DNA from: an uncultured delta proteobacterium
GTDB lineage: Bacteria; Myxococcota_A; UBA9160; UBA4427
Direction: 5' to 3'
NCBI GenBank assembly: GCA_963822965.1
Contig: CAWGJT010000010.1
Location: 416,001-480,000, forward strand
Length of the DNA: 64,000 nucleotides
How positions within the stretch are numbered: the first letter of the stretch is position 1; each line of letters begins with the position of its first letter. The notes beneath the pieces were generated by a model. It did no database searches. It saw only the letters and a program-made list of their open reading frames with translations, and was not told where the DNA came from. The position numbers and the translations under genes are program-made. This document shows positions 40,811 to 50,165 of the stretch, piece after piece.

Positions 40811-41643
40811 TCAGCGACTCACCCGGCCACTCAGCGCGCCCACGTCGCGCTCTGCCTCCCGGGTCTGGCCGCCCAGCTCGAGGAAGCGGCGCATGTTGCG
40901 CTGGGCGGCCTCGGTGCGCAGCAGGGTCTGGAAGAGGTAGTCCTCTTCGACCAGGCCCTGGGCGAGGGGCAGCTCGGCGGCGTTCACCGACTGCTTGGCG
41001 AGGGCGACGGCCTCGGGCGGGAACGACGCGATGCGCCGGGCCAGGGCGTCGACGAAGGCCGCGATCTCGTCCGCGGGCAGCGCGCGGTTCAGCAGGCCCC
41101 AACGCTCGGCGGTGTCGGCGTCCAGGTCCTGGCCGCCGAGGATGATCTCGAGGGCGCGGCCGCGGCCGACGAGGCGGGGCAGGCGCTGGGTGCCGCCGCC
41201 GCCGGGCAGGATGCCGATGGGCACCTCCATCTGGTTGAAGACCGTCTTGCCGCGCACGCCGAAGCGCATGTCGAAGGCCTGGATCAGCTCGCAGCCCCCG
41301 CCGCCCACGCGGCCTTCGATGCGGGCGATCGTCGGCCTTCGGCATGGTGCGGTAGCGCTCGCACATCTGGTGGAAGGCGTTGCCGGCCTCGCGCTGGGGC
41401 GCGGTGTCGGTCGGAAAGCGCAGGATCGCCTCGACGTCGAAGTGCGCGATGAAGAAGTCGGGGTCGGCGCTCGCGAGCACGACGACCCGCACCGCAGGGT
41501 CGTCGCCCACCTGCCTGCCCGAAGCGGGCGAGCTCGCCGAAGAGCGGCAGGGTCATCACGTTGATCGGCGGCGCGTCGACGGTCGCCGTCGCGACGCCGT
41601 CCTTCACGACGACGTGCAGCAGCTCGTAGTCTTCGTAGGCCAT
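40811..41643 (-). CDS. Enoyl-CoA hydratase/isomerase family; frameshifts near 41515 and 41335
   Basis: DAPPINV, SADPDFFIAHFD, IEGRVGGGGCE, MEVPIGILPGGGGTQRLPRLVG spread over three frames. Confidence 0.85.
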
Positions 41644-41711
41644 GCAGGGCTCCCGGTGGCAGGGTGCGGATCGGCGTAGGGGCAGGCAGGGCGCCAGGAT
41701 GCCACAGGCCC

Positions 41712-41740
41712 CTCAAGCCCGGCCCGCCGGGAGGCCGATG
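41712..41740 (+). promoter_or_regulatory. Possible sixth copy of the motif: CTCAAG-N17-CCGATG
   Basis: Intergenic, about 47 bp upstream of the 41787 start; spacer one base longer. Confidence 0.35.
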
Positions 41741-41786
41741 CCAGGGAGACCCGTCCCGGAGCCGTGGCCCGAATAGGGAGCCCGAC

Positions 41787-42515
41787 GTGCGACACGACCT
41801 GTACCGGATCGACGACGTGCTGCTGCGCTGCGGCGCCATCGCGCTGCTGGGGGTCGTCGCCGGCGTCGCCGTCCTGGTGGTGGTCGGCCTGGGGCAGGGG
41901 GAGGTCGCCGGCGGCGCCGACCCGGGCCTCGCGATGCTGAGGCGTCACGCCCTGGCCCTGGCCGTGGCGGTCCCGGCCCCGGTCGGGCTGCTGGCCGCGG
42001 GCTTCCGGATGCGGCGCCGGGAGCAGAAGACCCTGGCCTTCTGGCGGCTGCTGCAGCAGAACGCGGAGATTCGGGTGCCCGAGCTGCTGTCCAGCTCGGA
42101 CTTCACCCGCGCCGACCTCGAGCGGGCGGTGCGGCTCCTCAACAACAAGGGGCTCGCCCTCTACGTCTGGGATCGCGACGCCGATCTCATCCGGGACGGC
42201 CGGCTCGAGTCGGTCTACCTGCACGTCGAGAAGTGCGACGTCTGCCGCGCGTCGATCTCGCTGCGGGTGCCTGCGTCGTTGCGCGAGATTCCGTGCTGTC
42301 CCTACTGCGGCGACGCCATCTCCATCGAGAGCCTGCTGGAGCTGAAGCGCGAGGCCCTCGAGCGGCTGCGGGCGGAGCACCGGCCCCGCGAGCGGGAGAG
42401 GGGCCACCGGGTGGAGGCCGGATCGTTCTCGATCGCCGTCTTCCTGCTGCTGCTCTTCACGTTCTGGCCGGCGGCCCTCGTGTACGGCTGGTACAAGTGG
42501 CAGGCGGGCGCGTAG
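41787..42515 (+). CDS. Membrane protein with a zinc ribbon
   Basis: Two N-terminal TMs, helical domain, CDVC...CPYC, C-terminal TM. Confidence 0.65.
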   Translation: MRHDLYRIDDVLLRCGAIALLGVVAGVAVLVVVGLGQGEVAGGADPGLAMLRRHALALAVAVPAPVGLLAAGFRMRRREQKTLAFWRLLQQNAEIRVPELLSSSDFTRADLERAVRLLNNKGLALYVWDRDADLIRDGRLESVYLHVEKCDVCRASISLRVPASLREIPCCPYCGDAISIESLLELKREALERLRAEHRPRERERGHRVEAGSFSIAVFLLLLFTFWPAALVYGWYKWQAGA

Positions 42516-42584
42516 CCTCCCGTCCCCGGTGGCGTGCCTTCCGTAGCGGTCGCAGGTCACGGCCGTCTCGACTCGAGGTCGCAC

Positions 42585-43040
42585 ATGTACGACGTCTTTC
42601 CGATCGTTCCCGCTTCCGCCAAGCCCCTGTGGTTCCTCGCGGGCATCGGCGCTCTCCTGCTCTGCGTGCTGGCGCTGCTCGCCTTCGTGGCCTGGTCGGC
42701 CCGCCATTCGCGGGTGGAGGTGACGGATGCCGAGCTCAGGCTGGTGGGCGATCTCTGGGGTCGCTCGATTCCCCTCCAGGCGCTCCGGCTGGAGGCCGCC
42801 GCCGTGGTCGACCTGGAGACCTCGCCCGACTACGCGCCGCGCCTGCGAACCTTCGGCACCGGGCTTCCCGGCTACGCGTCGGGCTGGTTCCGGCTCCGCA
42901 ACGGCGAGAAGGCCCTGGGGTACCTCACGACGCGCCGGTCGCTCGTCTACCTGCCCACGACCCTGGGCTACTCGCTGCTGCTCAGCGCCGAACGGCCGCA
43001 GGATCTGCTGGCTGCGCTGCGCACCCGAACGGGCGGCTGA
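42585..43040 (+). CDS. Bacterial PH-domain membrane protein
   Basis: TM helix, then LRTFGTGLPGYASGWFRLRNGEKAL. Confidence 0.75.
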   Translation: MYDVFPIVPASAKPLWFLAGIGALLLCVLALLAFVAWSARHSRVEVTDAELRLVGDLWGRSIPLQALRLEAAAVVDLETSPDYAPRLRTFGTGLPGYASGWFRLRNGEKALGYLTTRRSLVYLPTTLGYSLLLSAERPQDLLAALRTRTGG

Positions 43041-43055
43041 GGACGACGAGCGCTT

Positions 43056-44003
43056 CTACGCGTCGATCAGGATCTCCGCCAGCAGGGCGCGGTCGATGTT
43101 CGCGCCCGTGAGCACCAGGCCCACCCGCTTGCCGTGCATGCGATCGCGCTCCTGCAGCAGGGCGGCCAGGGGTGCGGCGCCGGCCCCCTCGGCGAGCTGG
43201 TGCGTGTCGTACAGCAGGTGGCGGACGGCGTCGCAGATCTCGTGTTCGCCCACGCGCACCACGCGCGCGGCGTGGCGCGCGATGAGGTCCACCGCTTCCG
43301 GGTGCGGGACGCGCACCGCCATGCCGTCGGCCAGGGTGTCGGCGTTCGCGGTCTCCACGGGAGCGCGCTGCTCGAAGGAGCGCGCGTAGGCGTCGGCGCG
43401 TTCCGAGACGACGCCCACGATGTCGGTCTTGCGCCCGAGGGCCTCGCGGGCCGAGATGGCGCCGAGGATGCCGCTGCCCAGGCCGATGGGCACGTAGAGG
43501 GCGTCGAGGTCGGGCTGCGCGGTCAGCAGCTCGAACGCGGCGGTGGCCACGCCCCGCACCAGCAGCGGATGCAGCGAGGGAACGAAGTCCAGGCCCTCGC
43601 GCGCGGCCAGGGCGCGCGCGTGCGGGAGCGCTTCGTCGAAGTCGCGCCCGTGCTCCACCAGGGTCGCTCCCCAGGCGCGCATGGCGGCGTTCTTCTCGGG
43701 GTTGTTGCCGTGGGGCACGACGACGGTTGCCGGGAGCCCGCGACGCCGGGCCGCGAAGGCGACGCTCTGGCCGTGGTTGCCGCGGGTAGCGGCCGCGAGG
43801 CCTGCCACCGCGCCGAGAGCGGCGGCGTACACGAGGCCGCCGCGCACCTTGAAGGAGCCCGTCGGCAGGTGGCCCTCGTGCTTCAGCCACACCTCGCAGC
43901 CGGCGCGCTGGCAGAGCAGGGGCCAGGCGATCTGCGGAGTGGGAGACAACACCGGGTAGATCTCCCGGCCGGCCGACTCGATCTCTTCCCGACTCGCCAG
44001 CAC
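43056..44003 (-). CDS. Threonine/serine dehydratase family PLP enzyme
   Basis: KHE..LPTGSFKVRGG, ATRGNHGQ, VPIGLGSG, AEGAGA, LTGAN. Confidence 0.9.
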   Translation of the reverse strand: MLASREEIESAGREIYPVLSPTPQIAWPLLCQRAGCEVWLKHEGHLPTGSFKVRGGLVYAAALGAVAGLAAATRGNHGQSVAFAARRRGLPATVVVPHGNNPEKNAAMRAWGATLVEHGRDFDEALPHARALAAREGLDFVPSLHPLLVRGVATAAFELLTAQPDLDALYVPIGLGSGILGAISAREALGRKTDIVGVVSERADAYARSFEQRAPVETANADTLADGMAVRVPHPEAVDLIARHAARVVRVGEHEICDAVRHLLYDTHQLAEGAGAAPLAALLQERDRMHGKRVGLVLTGANIDRALLAEILIDA

Positions 44004-44190
44004 GAAGTGCTCCTTCCTCCCTCGCCGGGCGCTCGCGGTGCGCCGGGGTGCCTGGCGCGCTGCCTCTTCCTTCGGCGCCCTTCGGCGGGGCCGGGGCGGT
44101 CTGCCCCGGCGCGCGCTTCCGGGTGGGTGACGCTACCACGCGTGGGGCCTCCGGCCGGGCCGGGGATCGGGCTGGGGCGCCCCGCAGGAT

Positions 44191-44206
44191 CGGCGCGCGG
44201 CTTGCA
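44191..44206 (+). promoter_or_regulatory. Possible sigma54 promoter upstream of glgP
   Basis: CGGCGC-GCGGC-TTGCA (GG-N10-GC). Confidence 0.4.
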
Positions 44207-44423
44207 AAGCGGTCGAAAGAAGAAGCAGTGGAAGAGAGAAGGCGCTCGCAAGGGAACGGCCGGGAGGGGAGCGGCTTGCAGAGGGCTCGCCTCTGAGGCC
44301 GGACGGGACGCTGGCGAAGCGGACCCGCACCCCGAGACGGCGACTTCGGAACGAGCGACGCCGAGCCCGGGTTCCGTACGGGCAGGCACCGCGGAGCGAC
44401 GGCTCCGCAGGGGAGGGCGTCCC

Positions 44424-46949
44424 ATGACTGCATCACTGCCCGGTCGGTCGGTCCCGGAGCCCCTCGAAGGGCTCATCGAGCTGGCCCTGAACCTCGCCTG
44501 GGCGCGGACGAGCGCGTCCGAGGAGCTGTGGTCCCGCGTGGACCCGGATACGTGGCAGACCATCCGGAACCCCTGGCTCATCCTCCAGACGGTGTCGGAG
44601 AGGCGGCTCGAAGAGCTGGCCGCCGACACCGACTTCTGTCAACCGGCTGCAGAGCGGACGTCGAGGCGCAGCGCGCGACGCTGCGCGGGTCGTGCTGGTT
44701 CGACGAGGTGCGCGGGACCGCGCCGCCCGGCCCCGTGGCGTACTTCAGCCTGGAGTTCGGCCTGAGCGAGGCGCTCCCCATCTACTCCGGCGGGCTCGGC
44801 GTGCTCGCCGGCGACCACCTGAAGGCCGCCAGCGACCTGGGCGTTCCGCTGGTGGGCGTGGGGCTGCTGTACCAGCAGGGCTACTTCCGCCAGGTGCTCG
44901 ACCGGGAAGGGCGCCAGACCGAGCTCTTTCCCTTCAACGATCCGGGCGACCTGCCGATCCAGCCCGTCCAGGGCAGCGACGGGGGCCGCGTCCGCATTCC
45001 GCTTCCGGCTGCCGGGTCGCACCCTCTGGCTGCGGGCCTGGGAGGCCCGGGTGGGCCGCATCCCCCTCTATCTGCTCGACTTCAACGACCCGCGCAACAC
45101 GCCCGCCGATCGCGGCATCACCAGCGAGCTGTACGGCGGCGATCCCGAGCTGCGCCTCCAGCAGGAGGCGGCGCTGGGCATTGCGGGCTGGCGGCTGCTG
45201 GAGGTGCTCGGCATCCACCCCGCCGTGTGTCACCTGAACGAGGGGCACGCCGCGCTGGTGGTCCTCGCCCGCGCCAAGGCCTTCATGGACCGCGATCGGG
45301 GTGCCCTTCGACGTGGCGCTCGCGGCGACCCGGGCGGGGAACGTCTTCACGACCCACACGCCCGTCGCCGCCGGCTTCGACCGCTTCGAGCGCGAGCTGG
45401 CCGAGCGCTACTTCGCCGTCGTGGGCGAGTGGATGGGCGTCGATCCGGCAGGAACTGCTGGCCCTGGGGCGGGCGAATCCCGCGGACCGGAGCGAGCCGT
45501 TCAACATGGCGTACCTGGCGATCCGCGGAAGCCGGACGATCAACGGCGTGAGCCGGCTGCACGGTGAGGTGAGCCGCCGCATCTTCGAGCCGCTCTTCCC
45601 GCGCTGGCCGCAGGCGGAGGTGCCGGTGGGGCACGTGACCAACGGCGTGCACATCCCGACCTGGACGTCTTCCGAGATGGACGCCCTGTTCTGCGAGACC
45701 TGCGGCTCCGACGTCTGGCGCGGGGCGCACGAGTCCGCCTGCGAGTCCCTGCGCGGCCTCGCCGACGAGACGCTCTGGCACCAGCGGGCCCACGCCCGCA
45801 AACGCCTGGTGGGGTTCGTGCGGGATCGTCTCGTCCGGCAGCTCTCGGCCGAGGCGAGGGACCCGGCAGAGATCGAGCGGGCCCGCACGGTGCTCGACCC
45901 CAACGTGCTGACGATGGGCTTCGCGCGCCGCTTCGCCACCTACAAGCGCCCGAACCTGCTGATCAGCGATCCGGACCGGCTCGTGGGGATCCTCCAGCAC
46001 GCCCAGCGGCCCGTGCAGCTGCTGGTGGCGGGCAAGGCGCATCCGCGCGACGTGGCGGGCAAGGCGCTGATCGAGGCCTGGGTGCAGCTTCGTGCGCCGG
46101 GAAGACGTCCGCGGGCACGCCGTCTTCCTGAGCGACTACGACCTGCTGCTGGCGGAGCGATTCGTGGAGGGGGTGGATCTCTGGCTCAACACGCCGAGAC
46201 GGCCCTGGGAGGCGAGCGGGACGAGCGGCATGAAGGTCGCCGTCAATGGGGGCCTCAACCTGTCGGAGCTCGACGGCTGGTGGGCCGAGGCCTACACGCC
46301 GGAGGTCGGCTGGGCCCTCGGCGACGGTGCCGAGCACGACCACGATCCCGCATGGGATCGCCGGGAGGCCGAGGAGCTGTACCGGCTGCTGGAGCAGGAG
46401 ATCGTCCCCTGCTTCTACGAGCGCGACGAGCAGGGGGTCCCTCGGGCCTGGGTGCATCGCATGCGCGAGAGCCTGGCGCAGCTCTCGCCCCAGTACTCGA
46501 GCAGCCGCATGGTCGCGGAGTACGTGCAGGACGCGTACCTGCCGAGCGCCGCCGCCCTGCGCCGCCGCAGCGACAACGGGGGCAAGTGGGCCGACGAGAT
46601 CACGGCCTGGCGCGGCCGCATCGAGGCCTTCTGGCCCACCGTGCACGTGGCCAGCTCGAGCCGAGAGCCGGAGGACGACTCGTACCGCGTGAGCGCCCAC
46701 GTGTACCTGGGCGATCTCTCGCGCGACGACGTGCGCGTGCAGACCTACGCGGAGGTCGCCCCGGACCGCGAGGGACGTTGTATCGACATGCAGCCCGTCG
46801 GCGACCTCGAGGGCGGCTACCACTCCTACCAGTACGAAGCCCGCGTGCCGGCGGACCGGCCGGCGGTCGACTACACGGTCCGCGTGATCCCGGACCACCC
46901 CGACGTCCTGGTGCCGCTCGAGGAGAGCCGCATCCTCTGGGAGCGGTAG
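44424..46949 (+). CDS. glgP: Alpha-glucan (glycogen) phosphorylase; about 5 frameshifts
   Basis: AYFSLEFG...YSGGLGVLAGDHLK, HLNEGH, FTTHTPV, NGVSRLHG, ARRFATYKR, EASGTSGMK in successive frames; full-length span. Confidence 0.88.
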
Positions 46950-46954
46950 CAGGC

Positions 46955-47968
46955 CTACACCGGCGCCGGCTTCGCGCGTTCGCGCGTCACCTGCTTCGGG
47001 CTCTTGTCCTCCCGCAGGCCCAGGAAGCGCGGGTGGCGGAGCCTGCCGTCCTTCGTCCACTCGGTGAAGCCCACCTCGCCCACGAGGCGCGGCGACACCC
47101 AGTGGACGCCCTTCTCCCGGGGCTCCCGGGCGAAGGGGCAGGTCTCGCGCTCCAGGTCCGCGAGCCGTCGCCCGAACGCCTCGAGGAACGCGTCGTCGTA
47201 GCCGGTGCCGACCTTGCCCGCATAGCGCAGCGCGCCGTCCTCGTAGTAGCCCACCAGCAGCGCCCCGAAGCCCACGCGGGAGCCCTTCGGATCCGTGTAG
47301 CCGCCGATCACCAGCTCCTGTCGGTTTCCGCACTTGAGCTTGAGCCACTCGCGGGAGCGGCCGTGCACGTAGCGCGAAGCGGCGCGCTTCGCGATCAGCC
47401 CCTCCCATCCCTTGCGGCACGCCTCCTCGAGCGTCTCTTCGCCCGCCCCGACCCGGTGCGGCGTGAAGCGGATGTGCCCTCCGAACGACAGCGCGCGCTT
47501 GAGCAGCCGCTTGCGGTCGTGCAGGGCGAGCCGCGTCGTGTCGTGGCCTTCGAGACGAAGCAGGTCGAAGAGGTAGAGGTAGACGGCAACCCCGGTGCGA
47601 CGGGCCTCGTCGGGATCGCGAACGCCGAGGCGCTGCTGCAGCCGGGAGAAGCTCGTGCGGTTCCCCTCGAAGGCCACGATCTCACCGTCCGCGATGAAGT
47701 CCGTGCAGGCCTGCTTCCCGAGGGCCTCGACGAGCTCGGGATAGGTGTCGTTCATGGGCTTGCGATTGCGCGAGAGCAGTCGCACGCGCTCGCCGGCGCG
47801 GAAGGCCAGGCAGCGAACGCCGTCGAGCTTGCGCTCGTAGAGCCATGCGGGATCGGAGAAGGTGTCGTGGGTGAGGGTGGCGAGCATGGGCGCCGTCCAG
47901 GACGGCTGGCTTCGCTTCCGGAGATCGCGCCGCGCCTCGTCCCCCAGGATGTCGAGCGGATCGCCCAG
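46955..47968 (-). CDS. ligD: Stand-alone ATP-dependent DNA ligase (LigD ligase domain)
   Basis: ERKLDGVR adenylation motif, DGEIV, EGLIAK, WLKLK, GKVGTG, LRHPRF.GLR.DK; frame extends to a CTG at 47968 after AGGGAG. Confidence 0.88.
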   Translation of the reverse strand: MGDPLDILGDEARRDLRKRSQPSWTAPMLATLTHDTFSDPAWLYERKLDGVRCLAFRAGERVRLLSRNRKPMNDTYPELVEALGKQACTDFIADGEIVAFEGNRTSFSRLQQRLGVRDPDEARRTGVAVYLYLFDLLRLEGHDTTRLALHDRKRLLKRALSFGGHIRFTPHRVGAGEETLEEACRKGWEGLIAKRAASRYVHGRSREWLKLKCGNRQELVIGGYTDPKGSRVGFGALLVGYYEDGALRYAGKVGTGYDDAFLEAFGRRLADLERETCPFAREPREKGVHWVSPRLVGEVGFTEWTKDGRLRHPRFLGLREDKSPKQVTRERAKPAPV

Positions 47969-48106
47969 GAGAGCTCCCTTCGAGGCGGCGCGGGCCCGTC
48001 ACGAGTGTATCGCCTGGGGAAGCTGCAGCGCGGCGGCCGCGAGCGCGCGCGGGTCGCGGGACGCGCGTGCTCGTCTCTCGCTTCAGGCGCGCTCTACAGG
48101 CGCGGT

Positions 48107-48376
48107 CTATCGCGGGCCGCCGGGAGTGCGCGCCCCCGCCGGTGCCGCCACGCGCCGACCCGACGGATGCGACCACCACGCGTTGCGCTCCTGCCGTCCC
48201 GCGTCGCTGGCGGTCTGCTCCGGGTGGTAGGAGAGCACGTCCGCGGTGGGGGGCCAACGGAATCCCCACACGAGCCACACCAGGCCGAACGCCACGGTGA
48301 ACAGGAGGATGGCGCCGCCCCAGATCTCCCAGGTGTGGCGACGACGGGCTTCGAAGGTCTCGGTGGACGGGGACAT
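48107..48376 (-). CDS. Small single-TM hypothetical protein
   Basis: Strong RBS AAAGGAG, one TM helix, own sigma54 promoter. Confidence 0.55.
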   Translation of the reverse strand: MSPSTETFEARRRHTWEIWGGAILLFTVAFGLVWLVWGFRWPPTADVLSYHPEQTASDAGRQERNAWWSHPSGRRVAAPAGARTPGGPR

Positions 48377-48455
48377 GGTGTAGCTCCTTTCATGCTCGTA
48401 CATGCTCGTGCTTCCGCCCCGGGGGTTGGCGGGATGCCGGCTTGCGTCCACGCGT

Positions 48456-48471
48456 TGCAACGACCGTGCCG
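48456..48471 (-). promoter_or_regulatory. Sigma54 promoter
   Basis: Minus strand CGGCAC-GGTCG-TTGCA. Confidence 0.7.
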
Positions 48472-48635
48472 TCGCCGCCGTCGCTCGAGGGGCCACCCCG
48501 GGCGGGGGCGCGGCTTGCCGCGCCCGGCGGAGTGCGTCCGAGCGAGCGCGTCGGGCGAGAGTGCAGAATCTGCAACGCCCGGGAGGTCGGGAAGAAGCGG
48601 CCGCCGACGGCTCTTTTCGAGACCTGACGATGCGT

Positions 48636-48862
48636 TCAGCGTCTCCCGGCCCGGGCGGGTCCCACCGTCCCCGCGCAGACGAGGCCCAGGGCCATCAGCC
48701 AGGCGGTACCCGGCTCGGGGACCACCGACGCGTAGGTGGTGGGGGTGGCCGTGGGCGACGGGGCAGGGCGCCTTCAGGCGCGCCCGGAACGGCATCTCCC
48801 GGCCGACGCCCGCGCGTGCATCGCCCAGGGTGATGAAAAGTACAGGACGGGAAGCGTCGCAC
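48636..48862 (-). CDS. Mini PEP-CTERM protein missing from the ORF track (frameshifted or degenerate)
   Basis: Minus strand 48773-48636 reads RRPAPSPTATPTTYASVVPEPGTAWLMALGLVCAGTVGPARAGRR*; the 5' part needs frameshifts and the start is uncertain. Confidence 0.5.
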
Positions 48863-48957
48863 GCGCGGGTCTACGGCGCAGGGTCGCCGGCGTCTTTGCC
48901 TGTTGGCGCCCTTCGAGATGCTTGCTTCGCGAGTGCGGCTTCGGATAGGGTGGCCGC

Positions 48958-49671
48958 ATGTCGACCGGTACGCGTGCGGGCTTGCTCGGGGCGATTGCGC
49001 TGGGCGTGTTCCTCTGTTGCCTCGCGCTCTTCCTCTTCGTTCGGAGCCGGGACACGCTGCCCGTCGTCGGCTCTTCGCCGGGAGCCGTCGCGGCTCGCGG
49101 CGGAACGCCCCCTGGCGTCGCCTCCCCACCGCCGCCCTCGATCGACCGCCCGGGGTCCGACGACGAAGCGGGCGGCGAGGAGGGCCTGCTCTCGGCCGTG
49201 GGAATCGATCCCGATACGGAGGCGGCCATGCGTTGGGCCACGGTGGATCTCGACGAGGTGCGTGAGGCCCTTCCCGACAACCTGTACTGGAAGATGTCGG
49301 CCCCCACCGACGATCCGGATGTGCTGCGCTGGCGCGAGGAGGAGCGCGCGCGCTGGAACGTGGAGTACGGGAAGGTTCTCTCGGGCAACGCGACGGAAGA
49401 GGAGATCCACGACTACTTCGACCTGCGCCAGCGCGTCTCGCAGGATGCCGTGTCCTTCGCCGACTACCTCCTGCTCAATCACGGCAGCACGCTTCCCGAG
49501 CGGGACGTGTCTCTGCTCAACCTCGCGAGTCGGCTGCATCGCGCGCGTCTCGAGGAGATGCCCCGGCGGCTCGCGGAGGCGCTGGCCCGCAAGGAGCGTC
49601 AGGATCGTCTGCGCGAGGCCTGGCTCGCGGACGAGAAGGCGTTCGAGGAAGCGCAGCGCGGCGGGGATTGA
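48958..49671 (+). CDS. Membrane-anchored helical protein, lipase-foldase-like architecture
   Basis: N-terminal TM, Pro/Gly linker, charged all-alpha domain (PDNLYW..., RWNVEYGKVLSG.ATEEEI..YF). Confidence 0.6.
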   Translation: MSTGTRAGLLGAIALGVFLCCLALFLFVRSRDTLPVVGSSPGAVAARGGTPPGVASPPPPSIDRPGSDDEAGGEEGLLSAVGIDPDTEAAMRWATVDLDEVREALPDNLYWKMSAPTDDPDVLRWREEERARWNVEYGKVLSGNATEEEIHDYFDLRQRVSQDAVSFADYLLLNHGSTLPERDVSLLNLASRLHRARLEEMPRRLAEALARKERQDRLREAWLADEKAFEEAQRGGD

Positions 49672-49747
49672 CGCGCCGCTTCCTTCACTCCCGACTGCAC
49701 GACAAGCGCTCGCGCGCCTCCACGACGCGTGCGGCTGCGCCGGAACC

Positions 49748-49859
49748 GCGGATCGCGTTCGCGTGACTCCGAGTCGTTCCTCGGCTTCGCGCTCGTGGCG
49801 AGAAATTCGTCCCGTCGCATCTCGCCCGCGGAGTCGGGTTTCGGTTGAACGCGATCCGC
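49748..49859. ncRNA. Candidate structured RNA or non-autonomous palindromic element
   Basis: Three nested perfect helices of 13, 7 and 7 bp. Confidence 0.35.
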
Positions 49860-50011
49860 ATCTCGTGTTACACGCTGTCAAGTCGTGCAGAGCGCGCGGC
49901 GTTTCGCGACGAAGCGGCGATGAGGACGGCGGACGCGGAAGGTCGAGGTCGAGGCGTTGACCTCGAAGAGAAGCGTGAGAGGAACGAGAAGCGAGCAGAC
50001 GTCGGATCGAG

Positions 50012-50043
50012 GAAGGACCAGAAGGACCAGAAGGACCAGAAGG
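50012..50043 (+). repeat. Tandem repeat (GAAGGACCA)x3.5
   Basis: Read directly from the sequence. Confidence 0.85.
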
Positions 50044-50165
50044 GAGGAAGCACGCCGCCGTGCGTCGCGAGGGGATGACCGCAGGTCATTCAACCGGTCG
50101 ATCGATCGGAAGATGAACGCGAGTCATCGTCGGATCATGAACCAGAGAGGAGGGGGAGGCGGATC

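Noticed and set aside
44528..49960. 1810-aa ORF
   Set aside because: Chimera of in-frame glgP fragments and stop-free shadow frames of ligD and its neighbours.
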